In this document: one piece after another, positions 17,401-34,966 of the stretch
Numbering within the stretch: position 1 is the first letter of the stretch
Layout: each line of letters starts with the position of its first letter
Assembly: GCF_009914755.1 (NCBI RefSeq)
Contig: NC_060930.1
Source: the human T2T-CHM13v2.0 reference genome, Homo sapiens
Strand: one strand, 5' to 3'
Length of the DNA: 64,000 nucleotides
Notes under the pieces: generated by a model
Database searches by the model: none
What the model saw: only the letters and a program-made list of their open reading frames with translations
What the model was told of the DNA's origin: nothing
Made by a program: the position numbers and the translations under genes

Positions 17401-17849
17401 ATTTTTTAAATAAAAATGAGCAAAAAAATTGAGGAACATAGCTTACTTTCCAGAATTTCAGTCCCAGCCAACCTCAAATGCACACAGATACAGGTACCAT
17501 AAACCTGTAGCCTAAAGGCTAAGCTTTATCCAGTTATTGAATCAATCCTGGCCATGTCTGTCAGTATATTAGGGGTTCTCTTTCCCAGTGACTGAGTGAC
17601 AGTTATGCCACATAAGCCTAGTACCTAGTGATCCTGGAGTGGTTCCACATGCTTCCTGAAATTTTTTCTCTCTTCTTATGACTGAGCATTTGTTTTCTGT
17701 GTGTTTGTGTACCAATTTCCCCCCACTTGAACTACATCCCTCCTCTGGTTCTTAAACCACTGATTGTAGCCTTCCAGCCAGGCTTATCCACTTAACCTCC
17801 CCTGGAGACTGGACCCTGTCCTCTGGTTAGGCAGTGCTCCAGTGATGAC

Positions 17850-18060
17850 AACAACAAGTTCTACTTAGAATCTATTTCTTCAAACAACTTGTTTATATTA
17901 TTGGCAATTCCAATAAAAAATTTAAGCTATATAGGATGGTCCCCTTTTGCAGATATACCATAACACACAATCCGAGATATCTGATGTCCTAGCCAAAGCT
18001 AAGTGACTAAATAGTAGAAGAGCAAGGTGTCTCTGATTCCAGAGCATGACCTTCCCACCA
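17850..18060 (-). mobile_element. MIR SINE (diverged)
   Basis: ccccttttgcagat…tctctgattccagagc. Confidence 0.5.
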
Positions 18061-18939
18061 TATTTCATTGCCTCCTCTCTGGAACATTGACACTATTCAC
18101 CCTCCATCTTCAAGGGTCTCCTCTTCCATAGATGCTTTGGTGGTGTCTCATCCACCAGACGGAACCCTTAGATATCAATGTCAGAACATACTCTCCTTGA
18201 AGACATTAGACTCAGTTTTAGATAATACGATGTTTTTACAGCAATCCCACAAAACTTTAGCATCTTCCCTGAGGCTTTTTTAATATTGTTTTCTGTTATG
18301 AGAACGGACAGATGTAAAAAAATGTAGGTGTATAGGGATGTGTTTTTATATAAACATAACTACCATAAAACCTTATCACGTTAGTGCTAATTTTTAGAGA
18401 AGTCCAATTTTATTCCTGAGTTGATCACTAGATTTTACAGAAGTGAAGTTTGATATCCCTAAGAGTTTGAAAATGTATATAATTGCAGCTAACCCTTGTT
18501 TGCTCTGAACTGAATTATCTATTGAGGAATACAGGGTCTTTTTGTTTTCTTTCCCTCCCCCATCTTCTAAGTCTGTCCAATGAATACCATCGAATAAAAA
18601 TAATTATTGAGCATCTCTGTAGACACCGTACTGGTCTACACACAGAAAATTCATTTTTCAAATATCCATTAGTGGATTTTATATCTTTGTGACTCTAAAC
18701 CAGGTCCTTGAGTTGTTTCTTAATAATATAAAAATAAGATATAACCTTTCCAAATATGAGTTTCTTTAAAAGAGTTGATGAGGTATTTCCTTGTTTGTTC
18801 AAATCCCTCTTCTCCAGATCCTTAAGGATTTAAAAGTTATTTACATACTTTGCCAGTATATATATTTATTTGATTCCTTTTGTATGGATTTCTCTAGTTC
18901 TTTATAGTATGGAGAAAGACATGTATTATATAGGTAATA

Positions 18940-19350
18940 TATGGGTAATGTAATGCTTGCTTCTATATCAAACAACACCCAAATGTATAGTGGTTCAAAT
19001 ACAATAGAAGTTTATTTCTTGCTTACATAAATTATAAAACAGATGTGTCTAATTGAAGGATGTCTTTTTTCAAGTGATAATATAGGAACTCCGATTCTTT
19101 CCTTTATATGCCTCTGTCATATTTAACATATCCAATGTGTTCATGCATTTTATCTCAAGTCAGTGAAAGAGGAAATCACTTGGAGGAAAATTCTGCATCG
19201 AGGATTTTTTGGGATAGTCACAAAACTGGTAAACATCACTTCTGTTTACATTCCAATACACATGGAACTCAGCATATGATAAAAAGGAGCCTGGGAAATA
19301 AAGCCTTAAGTGTGGGTTCTGGAACAAGAGGAAATGAGTTTAGTAATCCC
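18940..19350 (-). mobile_element. old MLT1 (J/K-like) LTR
   Basis: aacaacacccaaat…tagtggttcaaatacaatagaagtttatttcttgcttacat…catcacttctg…ctgggaaat. Confidence 0.6.
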
Positions 19351-19359
19351 ACATTGTGG

Positions 19360-19520
19360 GGTTAGAGTCAGACAGACTTGGGTTCAAATCCTAGCTCTGC
19401 AATAAATTCTTATGTGAATCTTCATGTTTCAATATTCTTGCCTTTTAAGAGATAATAAAACCTATTTTAGTGCTTGCTGTCAAGCTTAAATGGAAGGAAT
19501 GATATACAAGTGATTAATAC
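19360..19520 (+). mobile_element. MIR SINE
   Basis: agagtcagacagacttgggttcaaatcctagctctgc. Confidence 0.7.
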
Positions 19521-19719
19521 ATAGTATTATTACTTGAATCAGAAAGGCCAAGATACATTTAGGTTTATGGTTAAACAATTTGTATAACTGTAGATTCTGC
19601 CTGGTCCCAAAAGCTTTGTGGGGTCAAGTTGGTCCACATTTTGAAGTTTTAACAGTATTTTACAAGTACATCCCTGTCACTTAGCAACCTAATTAAACAT
19701 TAAAGAAAATTTATTAATT

Positions 19720-21360
<1,641 letters not shown>

Positions 21361-23356
21361 GGAAAAAAGAAAAAATATCATAAATTGGTAGTATATCTTC
21401 TGGTGATTTTCCATGCTTGAAGTTATTCCTAACAAAACCTTATGGAGCACACTGAAAAGCTGATTTTGTGTTTCTACTTTGTCATATTTGATTTGGTGAA
21501 TTGATACAGTTTGGGAGAAATAAAAATAATAGGTATAATTTAATTCAAACATAATGATAAGTTTCAAATTCTATAACCACAACAAACTTAAAGTTCTCTT
21601 CAAATGTCAAAAAGTTGCCAGTCTTAAGAATTATGTCTTCATCAGTAATCCAGGTTCAGATAGGCATTTTGCTGTTTCAAAATCAGAAGTTGCCCAATAA
21701 CCAAGATCTTAGCATAAATGAAAAGAAAGATCAGAATTATTTTTTGATAGGCTGTGAAATTCCTATGTATTCGCCTTTTGGTTTCCCCAGGTACATTTTA
21801 CCCTTTATATTTGTTTCACTTTTTTTTTTCGGTGCTAGCAGCAATGAGATTTCTGCCAGAACTAAACTCAGCCACTTCCCTGGGAATGTTCTCCAGTTGC
21901 TAATTTCACTACCGGAACTGTGTTCCCTCACATTCTGGCCTATTCCACGCATGCCTCCTCTGGAATAAAGGGTCTGACAGTTCTGTAGATAATGGTAAAC
22001 ATATGTAGCCAATGCTGTGCAATTCTTTTAGAGCCAGAAAGCATTAGTAGGTATTTCGGTTGCTGACAACAACAACAACAACAAATCAGTGTAAAGAACT
22101 TCATCAAGCACCAGAACCCACAGAATACTATACGTCAATAATTTTAATGCACGGCAGAATTCTTCTTTTATTCTTTCTTTTTAAAATCATTGGCTAATTA
22201 TAAATGGAATTCAGACTTATGACAACCTAATTCCAAACTTTAAAACTACAGGGGAAAAAGCTGGGTCAAGGGGGAAAGAGAACATTTCAACTTGTTTACT
22301 CTGGATACTATTCCCATTTCAAGTTAGGCCTTTTGATTCTTTACATGTGCAAAAGAACTGACTTCCCTGAGTACACAAGGGACAAATTACATATTGTGAT
22401 GTCATTGCCTTGCGGATTTCTCATACCACCAAATACATTAGTCACACTGTCAATGTCACGGAGATATAAAAGAAAAAAAATTAAAAGGCATATTATTTTC
22501 ATATGAGAATCAGTAATGATTTCTCTTTGGATGTATTTCTTCAAAATCATTTCCTAAATCTCAGTGAAACTTAAGAAAGCTACCTTAAAATATAGAATGA
22601 CATCCTCAGCAGGTCAACTTGTGGTACTGTATTACCAGCCTAATAGAAACATTACTGTGCAGTGATAAATAAGAATAAAATGAAGACTAGAGGCAGTATC
22701 TTATTGGGTGTGTAACTTTGATTCATTTAATTGTTTAATTATTCTATATTGTATTTTTATGATTGCAGTGAGACATTTTCATCCAAACATACTGTAAGTT
22801 ATAATCTACCAGAGTTCTCGTCTATGGTGTTAAATTGATATAGGTGTCTCTAGCCTCCTGCCTACTTTCTCTGGCCTATCCAGTTTAGCAACTTCCTTCT
22901 CATGTGCCTGGAAAACCATCTGACATCCCTTACTGTCTGTGTTTTCTCCCCCTGCCCTCTAGCAGATTAGAATTCCTTCCAATCTAATGGTTGAATGACT
23001 TTAATATGGAATAGAGTGGTTCAACCCTAAGTAAGTGCTTTTCTACCTAGGCTCAGAACAAAACCTGGAGAACCAATTACAGAGACTCTGTGTAGAGAAA
23101 ATCATGTTTCAGATCAGGAAGAATTCTACTTGACTGCAGTGAATACAATATCAAAATGTTCAGTTGGCTGAATTCCCTGGATGCGGCTTAACAGAATGTA
23201 AGTAAAGAAATGGACACATTAGACTCATTAAAACCTTGTGATATGATGGTGTAAATGAGCCAGAGCAAGAACCATTTGAATTCCATTCACATCAGTCAGT
23301 TACTCTGAATATACAAGTGATGGACCATTTCACAGTTGTCCAATATTGACTTCTAC

Positions 23357-23582
23357 CAAGGTTTCTCAATTTGGCACTATTGAGTCTCAGAGTTGTATAA
23401 TTATTTCTGGGGGAAGGGAGGCTGTCCTGTGCATTGTAGGTTGTTTAGTGGCATCACTGGCTTCTACTCCTCAGATGACAGTAGTGCCATCACCCAAGTT
23501 GTGCCAACCAAAAATATCTCCAGACATTGTCATATGTCTCTGGGAGATAGGGAGCAAAATTGGCCCTGGTTGAGAACAACTA
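23357..23582. mobile_element. MER20 hAT-Charlie MITE
   Basis: caaggtttctcaa…ggctgtcctgtgcattgtagg…accaaaaatatctccagacattg…ggttgagaacaact; terminal inverted repeats. Confidence 0.85.
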
Positions 23583-23899
23583 AGTTAGATAAATCTGTGT
23601 CTGGAGTTTCTGAGATCCGGGTGGCCAGGCACTGGCATCTCACTTTATTGATGGTGACCTAAACTGCAGGATTGGTGGTCAGAATGCTTGACTATTGGGA
23701 ATGGAGAGAAGGGCTTCAAGCTACGTTGAATGGGGCCACTCACAAAACAATGAAGCAAATAAATAATCCACAAATAATTTTACTACATCTTTGTGACCCT
23801 CACGAAAAGAAATAGTTTGCCCCAAAATAGAAATATTATGGTGATAATCTGAGCCCATCAATCTAACTATTACACACTGCATTTTGATAGAGCTATAGG

Positions 23900-24130
23900 T
23901 ATATAAGTACAGGTATAGGTAGACAGATATAAATAGCTCTCAAAACACCTTTCCAGACATAACCTTAAGCAATTCTCTCAACTACCCTGTAAAGTCCAGT
24001 GGACAGGTGTTCCAGTTACTCTTATTTTATGGGCTACGAAACTACATTTCAGAGAGGTTAGGTGATTTCTTCCAGATTATACAAGAACAGTTTGGATCAA
24101 ATACAGGGCCTTTTCTATAGTTCTGTCTTC
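23900..24130 (-). mobile_element. MIR SINE
   Basis: attctctcaactaccctgt…cttattttat…gaaact…cagagaggttaggtgattt. Confidence 0.6.
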
Positions 24131-24981
24131 TTTAAAAATGAAGATTAAGTAGTGAGAGGTGGTATATGCTTAGACCATAAAAATATTTAGTTATGTATCA
24201 CATAAGCAGAGGAAGATAAGTATTTACTTTTCTGTGACGGAGAAGGAAACCCCAGTAAGTGTTGGCTGAGATGACCCTTGGATTGTGACTCCAAGAGTTC
24301 ACATGGAATATTTATCAGTTGGGCTATGGCAGCATGTTCTCACCAGGAATTCATAAAATAATACTTAATTCTTTCTCCCTTAACATCAAGAACTTGGATC
24401 TAGTTTGAAGGAAAGGAATCATTTTCTCAACTATGACAATACTTTAAACAACTTCTTGAACTCATTTAGCAGCCACTGCAACAGATTCTATTGTTTTGTT
24501 TTTTACATCATCAGATTTTGATCAAAGGGTTGACAAAAAATTAGAAATACAAAGAGCAGAGCATGCTGTGTATCAGTTGCTGGTAGAGAGCAGATTAAAC
24601 AAATGCCAGGGTTTATCACAGGCTGGGGACTACCCAAGCCAGCAGTTGCAAATATAGCAAACCCTTAAATAATTTCAAATCCTTTTTTATTATCCATTAT
24701 AAAAGTGAAGCTGGTTATACACTAGATTAATAAATACTCTCTGAGACATAGGATGACCTAGAGAATAACATATATCATACCAGATCAAATGGTGTTTCTT
24801 AAAATTAAATGTAGAGTAAATATAAATGACAAAATACAGAATGAACTTTTTTCATGAGTTCTGGAATGATCCTATTTGTGTCATACGCTACCATGATAAT
24901 CAAGCAGTGTTGCATAATCTCATTTGTAGAGGTTTTTAAAAACATATTTTTACTTTTATTCCCTGTTTGTTTCTTTTTCTC

Positions 24982-26915
<1,934 letters not shown>

Positions 26916-26959
26916 TTCTGAAGTTTATTAGTACTTTCAACCTTATTTGCTGGATGCAA

Positions 26960-27840
26960 AAGACTTCCCATTGGTTTGTGACATTTCCTTTAAAATATAA
27001 TATAGTCTACATACTAGAGTCTATTTCAAAGTTATCCACTTCATTTCATCGATCTGACACTTCTTTGCCAATACCATGTGGTGTTAATCGCAAGAGTTCT
27101 ATATTACATTTTACTATATAGTAGTTTGAGTCTGACTTTAATATTCCTTTTGTTTAAGATTTTGTAAGCCATTCTCATCTCTATTTTTATTACCTAGTTT
27201 AATATTAGAATTATTTTTAAGTTAAAAAAGTTTAAAATTTTGACTGGCAAACAAGTAATTTATTTGTAATACTTAGTCTCTTTATTCAGAAATGTCGTAT
27301 GTCTTTCTCTAATATCTTTCAAATTACTTTTTCAGTATATTTCATAAAAGTTATACTTTTTGTTAATTTTCTCCTAGTGATTTCATGTTTTAGACTGCTA
27401 TTATGAATGGAATTTTCTAACTGGTCACTGCTCATACAAAGGAAAGTTATTTTGGATATTTATTTTGTGTTTCACCACTTTGCTGAATTGTCTTACTTAT
27501 TTTAAGAAGCTTTTGGTGTGGCTCTTTAAGAGTAAAATAATTTCACATGCGCATAATAAGTTTTCTCCTTAATCATGCATTTTATTTCATGGTATAGTCT
27601 TACTGCATTAGCTAAAACCTCAAAACCAACATTAACAATAGTAATAGTGAGCAGGACCTTGTTCTTGAATTTCTTGGGCACACTGCTTGTGCTTTACCAT
27701 TGAGCATGGTATTGGCTGTAGGTTTAATACAGATCCTTTTTTACCATGTTGCTATTTCTAGTCCATTCCTACTTTTCTAATTAGGAATAGGTTTAGAAAT
27801 TATCAATTACTTTTCCAACATAAATGGCATTGTTATGGTA
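26960..27840 (-). mobile_element. ancient L1M (L1ME-like) ORF2 fragment
   Basis: T-rich decayed L1 motifs (ttgccaataccatgtgg…, tactgcattagctaaaacctc…aatagtgagca…cttgttcttga…accattgagcatggtattggctgtagg). Confidence 0.65.
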
Positions 27841-28855
27841 AATAGTATTTACCATAAATGGCAAATTTCAGAGAATTAAATATCTCAACAAATCTATAAT
27901 GTGTCAAATAAGAATATTTAAGATACCATGTAACAAAAGCAGATATGTATCATTTCAACCTCTTAAAAACACTTGAATTTCTCTGAAAACTACTTGCAAT
28001 GCTTGTATGCTCTATTTTACTAGCTTAGCTCCTAACATGTCCTTGTGACTTTTCAATATTGACCTTGGCTAGCCAGCACCCACTCCCTCTTTTTCCACCC
28101 CTACCTCTTGGTTGCTTGACTGTATTTGCTGTTGTCTAGGACTAATCCTGCATACACGTGGTTTCAAAAATCCTCAGCCAGAAATAACATGATGCAATAG
28201 TTCAAAATAACTCAAAGAGAGATCAAAAGGTAAGATTTAAAAATGATTTCTATACTATTGTTTCAGTTTGAAATGCTCACTATATCTAGTTCAGTTAATC
28301 CACTGTTTACTTCCATTTTTAAAAACAAGAAAATATAAAGCCAGGTTTTCCATTGTGCTATGTAATACAACCTTTCATATTATTATTTAAACTCAGCTTG
28401 TACTTCTTAGTCAAGTTTAATTTCATGCAACAATCTTCTTATATCTACCCTAAACTGAATTATAGAAAAAATTGTTCACATTATTTTAGATACATCAGTA
28501 AGTCCAAGATACCTTTAAATACGTTAGTAAGTTCAGGATATCTATCTTGTGATAATGCCTCTTCATTGAAGGAGTCATTCTTTTTAAGCAAGAAATTATT
28601 TTCTTTGCTACATTCCTTCTGCATAAAGTCTAATTTACTGTATCTTGTGTGTCTCTAACTTTTTTCCCTAAATGAGGGAATAAATTTTCAGCCTAGAAAT
28701 GTACTGTATCAGATGACAACTTCATTAGAATTTCTTTCCAGTTTTGAAGACCTAGCCTATAACCATAGGCTTCTTTCACCTTCACCCACTCTAAAAATCT
28801 TACCATCCAACATCTTTTCTTGTTCTGTTTTCCTCTCTAACTTTCTGTCTTACAG

Positions 28856-28886
<31 letters not shown>

Positions 28887-28894
28887 TGTGTGTG
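28856..28894. repeat. (AC)n(GT)n compound microsatellite
   Basis: directly visible. Confidence 0.95.
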
Positions 28895-28979
28895 CACACT
28901 GAGCAACTAAATATTTTTGAATCTTGTTGACCAACTGTGAGTCTAGGCTGCTTTAGGCAGCAGTTAAAATCAGGGTATG

Positions 28980-29260
28980 TGAGTAATGCTAGGAAGGCTT
29001 GGAGTCAGACTGCTGGTGGCAAAACCGGCCTTCTCACTCATGATGTTGCTTAATCATGCTGTATCTCTCTCTCTCTCTTTTTTGATGTTTGTTTTTTCAT
29101 AAAATATTTATAAGAGGGCATTGATTTTGTTAAATGTTTATAATAATTGTGTCCCTTCAATTAATTTTTGTGAGGATTAAGTACATCAAATTACATAAAG
29201 CATTTGGAAGATTGATCAAGATAGTGAATGCTTAATAAGTGCTGATTATTTCTATTATTA
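28980..29260 (+). mobile_element. MIR SINE (diverged)
   Basis: ggcttggagtcagactg…tgtgaggattaag…aaagcattt…gaatgcttaataagtgctg. Confidence 0.55.
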
Positions 29261-29599
29261 TTTCATACTAAATAAACTGACCTTGAAGAAAAGGAAGATG
29301 AGGCAACCTTGCCCTTTAAACGTCTTTAAGACAAGTACATAAGACTTACAAATTACCAAGTATATATCCTAATTGTGCAAGAAACAAATAAGTGTTAATA
29401 AAAACATCTTTTGAAACTATGATTGAGAATAGTATTCATTAATGTCTATGCTTGGCAAACCAGTAATGAAAAGAGATACAATGTACAGTCATATCTCTGT
29501 TTCAAAAGAGAATGTATTCCAGTGATATGCTTGTTACAACAGTATACCAGAAGTAGAAATAACACAGGGATACTGTCAGCTTATTTAGGGGGAAGGGAC

Positions 29600-30060
29600 A
29601 GTTATCTGTTAACTATTAATGATTCTTATCAGCTTCCTGGATATAAGGATGGCATTCAGCTGTATGTAACAAAAATTCAAAATGTAGTAGCCTCACCACT
29701 GGGGACCTCATGTTCCATAGGCCATCCTGAGCTGGGGCAGAGGCTCCAATGGTCAATAGTGACCCTAGCTTCTTATTTTTCCTCTCCTATCCTTAGCAAA
29801 CAGCTTTCATCCTCATAGTTGCAATATGGTTGCTTCACCTCAAGCCGCACATTGAAGTTCCAGATAGGAAGAAGAAGACTCCCCCAAATACCAGCAGACT
29901 TCTGCTTATGTTATTTCTATTAAGTCAAAGCTGTGTCACATGATCACCCCTCATTGAGAGGGCATCTGAAAAGGGGTTTAGCTGGGTACATTGTTCCCTG
30001 AGCAAAATAGGGCATCAATTAGTGAAGAGGAAGGAAGGCAAGAATAAACACTGAACAGAC
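29600..30060 (-). mobile_element. old MLT1 (K/L-like) LTR
   Basis: cattcagctgtatgtaacaaaa…gcaatatggttgc…cagcagacttctgcttatg…ctgtgtcacatgatcaccc. Confidence 0.55.
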
Positions 30061-30079
30061 ACCTAGATGTACCTGCTAC

Positions 30080-30255
30080 ATGTATCCTATCTCATTTCAA
30101 ACTAACAACAGCTGCCTGACATAGGTGTTATCATCTTGTGGTTACTGATGATAAAACTGAGGCTTAGAGAGTCGTACGATTATAAAACCATAGAAAAGGT
30201 ACTGGAAATTAGGTCCAACTGATGTTAAAGGTACTGTTCCAGAACTGCTATGCCA
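30080..30255 (-). mobile_element. MIR SINE
   Basis: atctcattt…aacaac…taggtgttatcatc…actgatgataaaactgaggcttagaga. Confidence 0.65.
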
Positions 30256-30592
30256 CGCCACACCCCAGTGCTCCGACCACACAGGACTCAGATCTGGTGG
30301 CACCTCCTTAGTTCCCAGTGTCTAGGCAATGCCAGCCCAGGAACATGGGCAATTTTCCACACAGACTGAAGACCTGACCCACAGGAGAAGCCAGGATCTG
30401 AAAGAACCTCCCTGCCTTCTTCTCCTTTGTCACACCTGTCAAGAACCTAGCCCCCAAAGAGCTACCCGAAACTCTTCTCTGTGCTAGAGCCAAATTTGTC
30501 AAAAGAGCTCTATTTGCAGACAATTTATTATTTAAATGTCACTTTTTCTCAACCTTATTTTTATTATAACCCCATCTTTCTTTCTAGTTATT

Positions 30593-30820
30593 GAGAGGCA
30601 AGTGTACAGGCTCTAGAGTCATGTTACTTGGGTTCAAATCCCAGCTCTAGCGTGGACTCACTGTGTAGCTTAGGGAAAGCTTCTTACTTTATAGGCTTGC
30701 ATTTCTCTAACTGTAAAATTGTTGTAATATACATATTTCATTGAGATAACACAAGGACTAAATTAATTTGTATGTATAAAGCTCTTGGAAAGTGCCAGAA
30801 ACATAAAGTTTGTTATCATT
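30593..30820 (+). mobile_element. MIR SINE
   Basis: ggctctagagtca…tgggttcaaatcccagctct…ctgtaaaat…. Confidence 0.7.
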
Positions 30821-30869
30821 TAAAATCATAATTCATAAATGCACATTTTTATCTGTTTTGCAACTTATA

Positions 30870-31610
30870 AATATTTTGAAGTTATTGATGTATAATTTAC
30901 ACCCAACAAAATGCACCAATCTAGGGTTTCAGTTTGATGAATTTTGACACTGGTATACACCTATGTAGGCACCACCTCAAACAAGATGCAGAACATCTCC
31001 ATCATTACTAGACATCCCCTCAGGCCTGTTTCTAGTCAAGCCCTGATTTCTGTCCCAGGGGCACCACTGTCTGACTCTATGGCCATAGAATAGCTTTGCA
31101 TGTTCTTAGATTTCAAATAAAAAGAATCATACAAAATGTACTTTCTTTGTGTCTAGCATCTGTAGCTCAACCCTATTTTTGAGATTCATCCATGTTATTG
31201 AGTGCACTAATAGTTCATTCCCCTTATTGCTGAGTAGTATTCCATTGTATGGCCATACAGCAATTTTTTGTCCATTTTTCCTGTTGATTTATATCAACAT
31301 TCAGGTTGTTTCCAGGCTTTGGCAAATCTGAATAAGGTTATTGTGAACATTCTTGTATAAATCCTTTTGCGGACATGCACTTTCACTTTTCTTGGATAAA
31401 TACCTAGAAGTAGAATTGATTGGTTGCTGATGGGGTAAATGTAAGTTTAACTTTCCAGAAATCTTTTCAACAGTTCTCCAAAGTAGTGTTACTATTTTAT
31501 AGTTCCACCAGCATAACATGAGAGTTCTGGCTATTCAATGTCCCCCTAATATTTGGTTTTGTCAGTGTTATATTTTAACCATTCTCATGAGTGTGAAATA
31601 GTATCTATTA
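30870..31610 (-). mobile_element. L1M (L1MB/MC/ME-like) 3' end
   Basis: tataattta…caaaatgcaccaat…gatgaattttgaca…gagattcatccatgtt…ttttcttggataaatacctagaagtagaattg. Confidence 0.8.
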
Positions 31611-32139
31611 AAGGAATTGAAATTGTGAAAACTTCAAAACTATGAGTTCAGATGATTTCACTGATTCTATCAGATATGTAAAGAACTCTTAAATGTTAGA
31701 AAAATGGAAGGTGAGTGAACACGTCTGAGTGCATACTGAGATCTAAGAATCAGTTACTCAACAGATTTCAAGCATTCTGCCCTCACACTGAGTCAAGAGA
31801 TTCCTAGTGCCACTAATTCCCAAGGCTTTGGCCAATTATGAGGTATTCATTAGTTGCAATTAGATTCTCCATTGCTGGCTTAGTATTCAGCGTTCTTGGG
31901 TCAGCTACTTAATCCCTACTCATCCAACAGATTTCCAACTCTCTAAATTCTGTTACTGCAGTCTCATCTCTCATTTTTTCCTCTTTCTGAATTTGTATTT
32001 AAAAGAAATCCCTTTACTGTTGTTTTTATTGGACTTGAGGGAAGGAATGAAATTAGATATAGTTGCCAAATTCGGTTTCTCCCTTTGTTTTCTGCAGTCT
32101 CTCAGAAGCCCCTGCTAGTGGTAAAATTCTGAACTGTAG

Positions 32140-32410
32140 TTAGGGAGGTTGCAGAGCAGAGGGGCTTGAAATGCGGTCTCTGGAGGAAGACTGGGTTTGA
32201 TTCTTCCCTGACCATTTATAAGCAATGTGTTTTGGGATGAGTTACTTAACATCTGGTGTCTCTGTTTCTTCACTTGTAAAATGGAGATAATGAAGATAAC
32301 AATAGTATCTACTGCATGTAGTTATGAGGATTGTCTAACATGGAGATCACAGTTATAACAGTGTCTGGAACATAGTAAGGTCTTCATAGGTATTAGACAT
32401 CATCGCTGTT
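32140..32410 (+). mobile_element. MIR SINE
   Basis: gagttacttaac…tctctgtttcttcacttgtaaaatggagataat. Confidence 0.75.
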
Positions 32411-34911
32411 ATTGCTCAAACTGGTGGCATGAGAAGGTGAGTTCCTTTGGTGGGTAAATAGTGGTATTTGTGAATGTAACCCAAGTGAAATTGTTTAAAC
32501 TGTTCACAGGTCTGTGCATTAAAATACGTATTTCAACACCTGCTTATTCATTCTATTTGTGCTTATTTAATCCAAGTTTATCCTTGTAACCATGTGTAAG
32601 TGAAGATTTATCAAACAATATTGAAAAGCATGCTTATTAATTCTATTTGTGCTTATTTCATCCAAGTTTAAGTTGATCTTTATACCATTTCTAAGTAAAT
32701 ATTTAGGAAATAATTTAACAGTGTAAATATATTTCAAGGGGCTGATTAGCTTTAAGAGAACATCATGCTAGTAGTTTGTTTTATGGTTTAGCACAATTAT
32801 ATGGAAATAAATGAAACTTTTCTTCATTAAAGCAGCTATTGTAGTACCTATCTCTTAGCAGTTAATAGGAAGAAATTCTTTGAGACGTTTTCAGTAATAT
32901 AAAACAAATATAAAATATAAAACAATAAAAGAGAAATCTTTTTAGTGAGATCATAATTATATTCCCATAACATATAAAGACAGCATACTCACATACATGT
33001 ACAATATATACTCACATAAATACACAATATGATATTGAATGCAGATGACTCCTAAATATCCTAAATTAGGAAAAACTGTGAACACATTTGCTAATTGGAT
33101 CACTATACAATCATAAATGCCAGTGTTTTGAACTACTTTGGGTAGCCATGGCAAACATTATGTCTTACTGTATGTGTGTGTGTGCGGAGGGTGGAGGGGA
33201 TGTATCAGGAAGGTAAGAAGTAATGTGGCAGGGACTCAGGTCAGTTTGCCAGGGTGAGAGGAATCAGGGTGGTTAGAGAGGAACTGTGCAGTGTCAGCCC
33301 TGAAGTCTGGTAGAGGAAAAAGAATGCCAAGGTTGGAAACCATGTGTCAGCAGGTGAGTCGCCAAATCTGAGCAGAGAATATGCAAGAACAGTCAAGCTG
33401 ACACTCAGGTTTAAACGACTGGCAAAGAATGGGAAACTAAGAAGCAGAAGGCACAACATTGATGGCTCATCAGAGGCCTCTCCCAGGCAGTGGGCAAGAC
33501 CCCACAAGAACGAGAAGGAAATGGGGGTAGGGGTGGAAGTAGAAAGTGAAGGGAGAAAAAGGTGGACCCAGGGGCAGAGGGGAGCCCCATAAACAAGGGG
33601 CCAGTCCAGCAGCTGCTGAGGCCAGCAGGTCTGCAGACACACCATATAGGGGCAACCAGGACAAAGTTGCATTCAGTTCTGTTTAGCTTAGTTTGAGTTC
33701 AATAATCTGGCTCTACAATTGTGCTTCTGCCAATCTGAAATGGGTAGCATGAAACCAGGTAGCAGGAACCTAATGTAAACAATATTGCCATATGTTAACT
33801 CTTTAGTTAATGCAGGATTGTTGCCTTGCAAGAGAATTATATGAACAAATGTAGTAATTGTCCTATACTATAAAAATTAACGCCTCCTCCATCAAGTGTT
33901 AGGGCACCTGTATAATTATAAAAGGCACAGCTGGTTACAAACTTGCTTATACATCACCTTATTTTATCACTGTTTACTCATGTGTAAAGTGAACTGATGA
34001 CCATAAAATGTTGTAAGATTACTTTCTTGGGAAATTTGGTCATTACCATTTTTGTAAGCTTCGAGCTGGTATTTCCTGTCTCATCTCTCTGGAGATTATA
34101 GGGTACTTTACATATTCCATTCTTTCCTAAAAAAAATTAAAAACTCAGAATATTCCAGTCTTATAAAATGTATTCTTCCAAAAGATCCTGGAAATAAATT
34201 GGCTCTGTAACAAATAGGTTCTATTTCTACGAAGGATTGTAATGCAAAACTACTTTTTACATTCTATCTATGTGACCTGGATTTGTTTTTTAGTAAAATT
34301 TTGCCAAAACTAAAAAAGCCTATGAACTCAATCTCTAGGCAGGAGTCTGTACATAGACCCCAAGCCACAGATAGTGTAATCAGCTAAAGTTTCCTTAGAC
34401 AGTCTGTGACTGTACTCCATGGTTAAGAAAACACAGCTAACCAAGTGCATTCAGCAAATGCCTGATGTGATTAAACAGAGTAGAGTTGACTAATTCAGTT
34501 TGGGCCCCACTGATTTTTTTTTTTTTGGCTGTATCCCTTTTTGCAAAATTTACAACTCTGTGAAATGTGTCCTATATTTCACATCCTGTGACTGCTGACC
34601 TACTTTTTTCTCCAAATTCAGTATTTCAAAAAAGGTTAAAGAAGTAATACTCAAGTGATCAAGCCCATGACACGTCTCAATAATCACAGAGCTGCTTTTA
34701 GTATACCCAGATGTGGGAAGCCCAGTTGTTCCACAATGCTTTTGTACTTCCCTCTCTTCCTCTCAGCTTCTAGCTCTCTCGGCCACCACCCAACTGATCC
34801 GCATAAGGAGATGACATCTCAGCCAATACTTCTGTTTACAATTTCACTTGTTGATAAAAAAAAAATAAAAATGCACACCACTTCTTGAGTGCCCATGACA
34901 TGCCTGGAAAT

Positions 34912-34912
<1 letters not shown>

Positions 34913-34966
<54 letters not shown>
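34913..34966. repeat. (TATC)13 tetranucleotide STR
   Basis: 13 perfect TATC units. Confidence 0.97.

Noticed and set aside
33241-33672. Overlapping ORFs (up to 143 aa) in a purine-rich, GC-richer patch
   Set aside because: Low-complexity translations with no recognisable domain; probably an old repeat or compositional effect.
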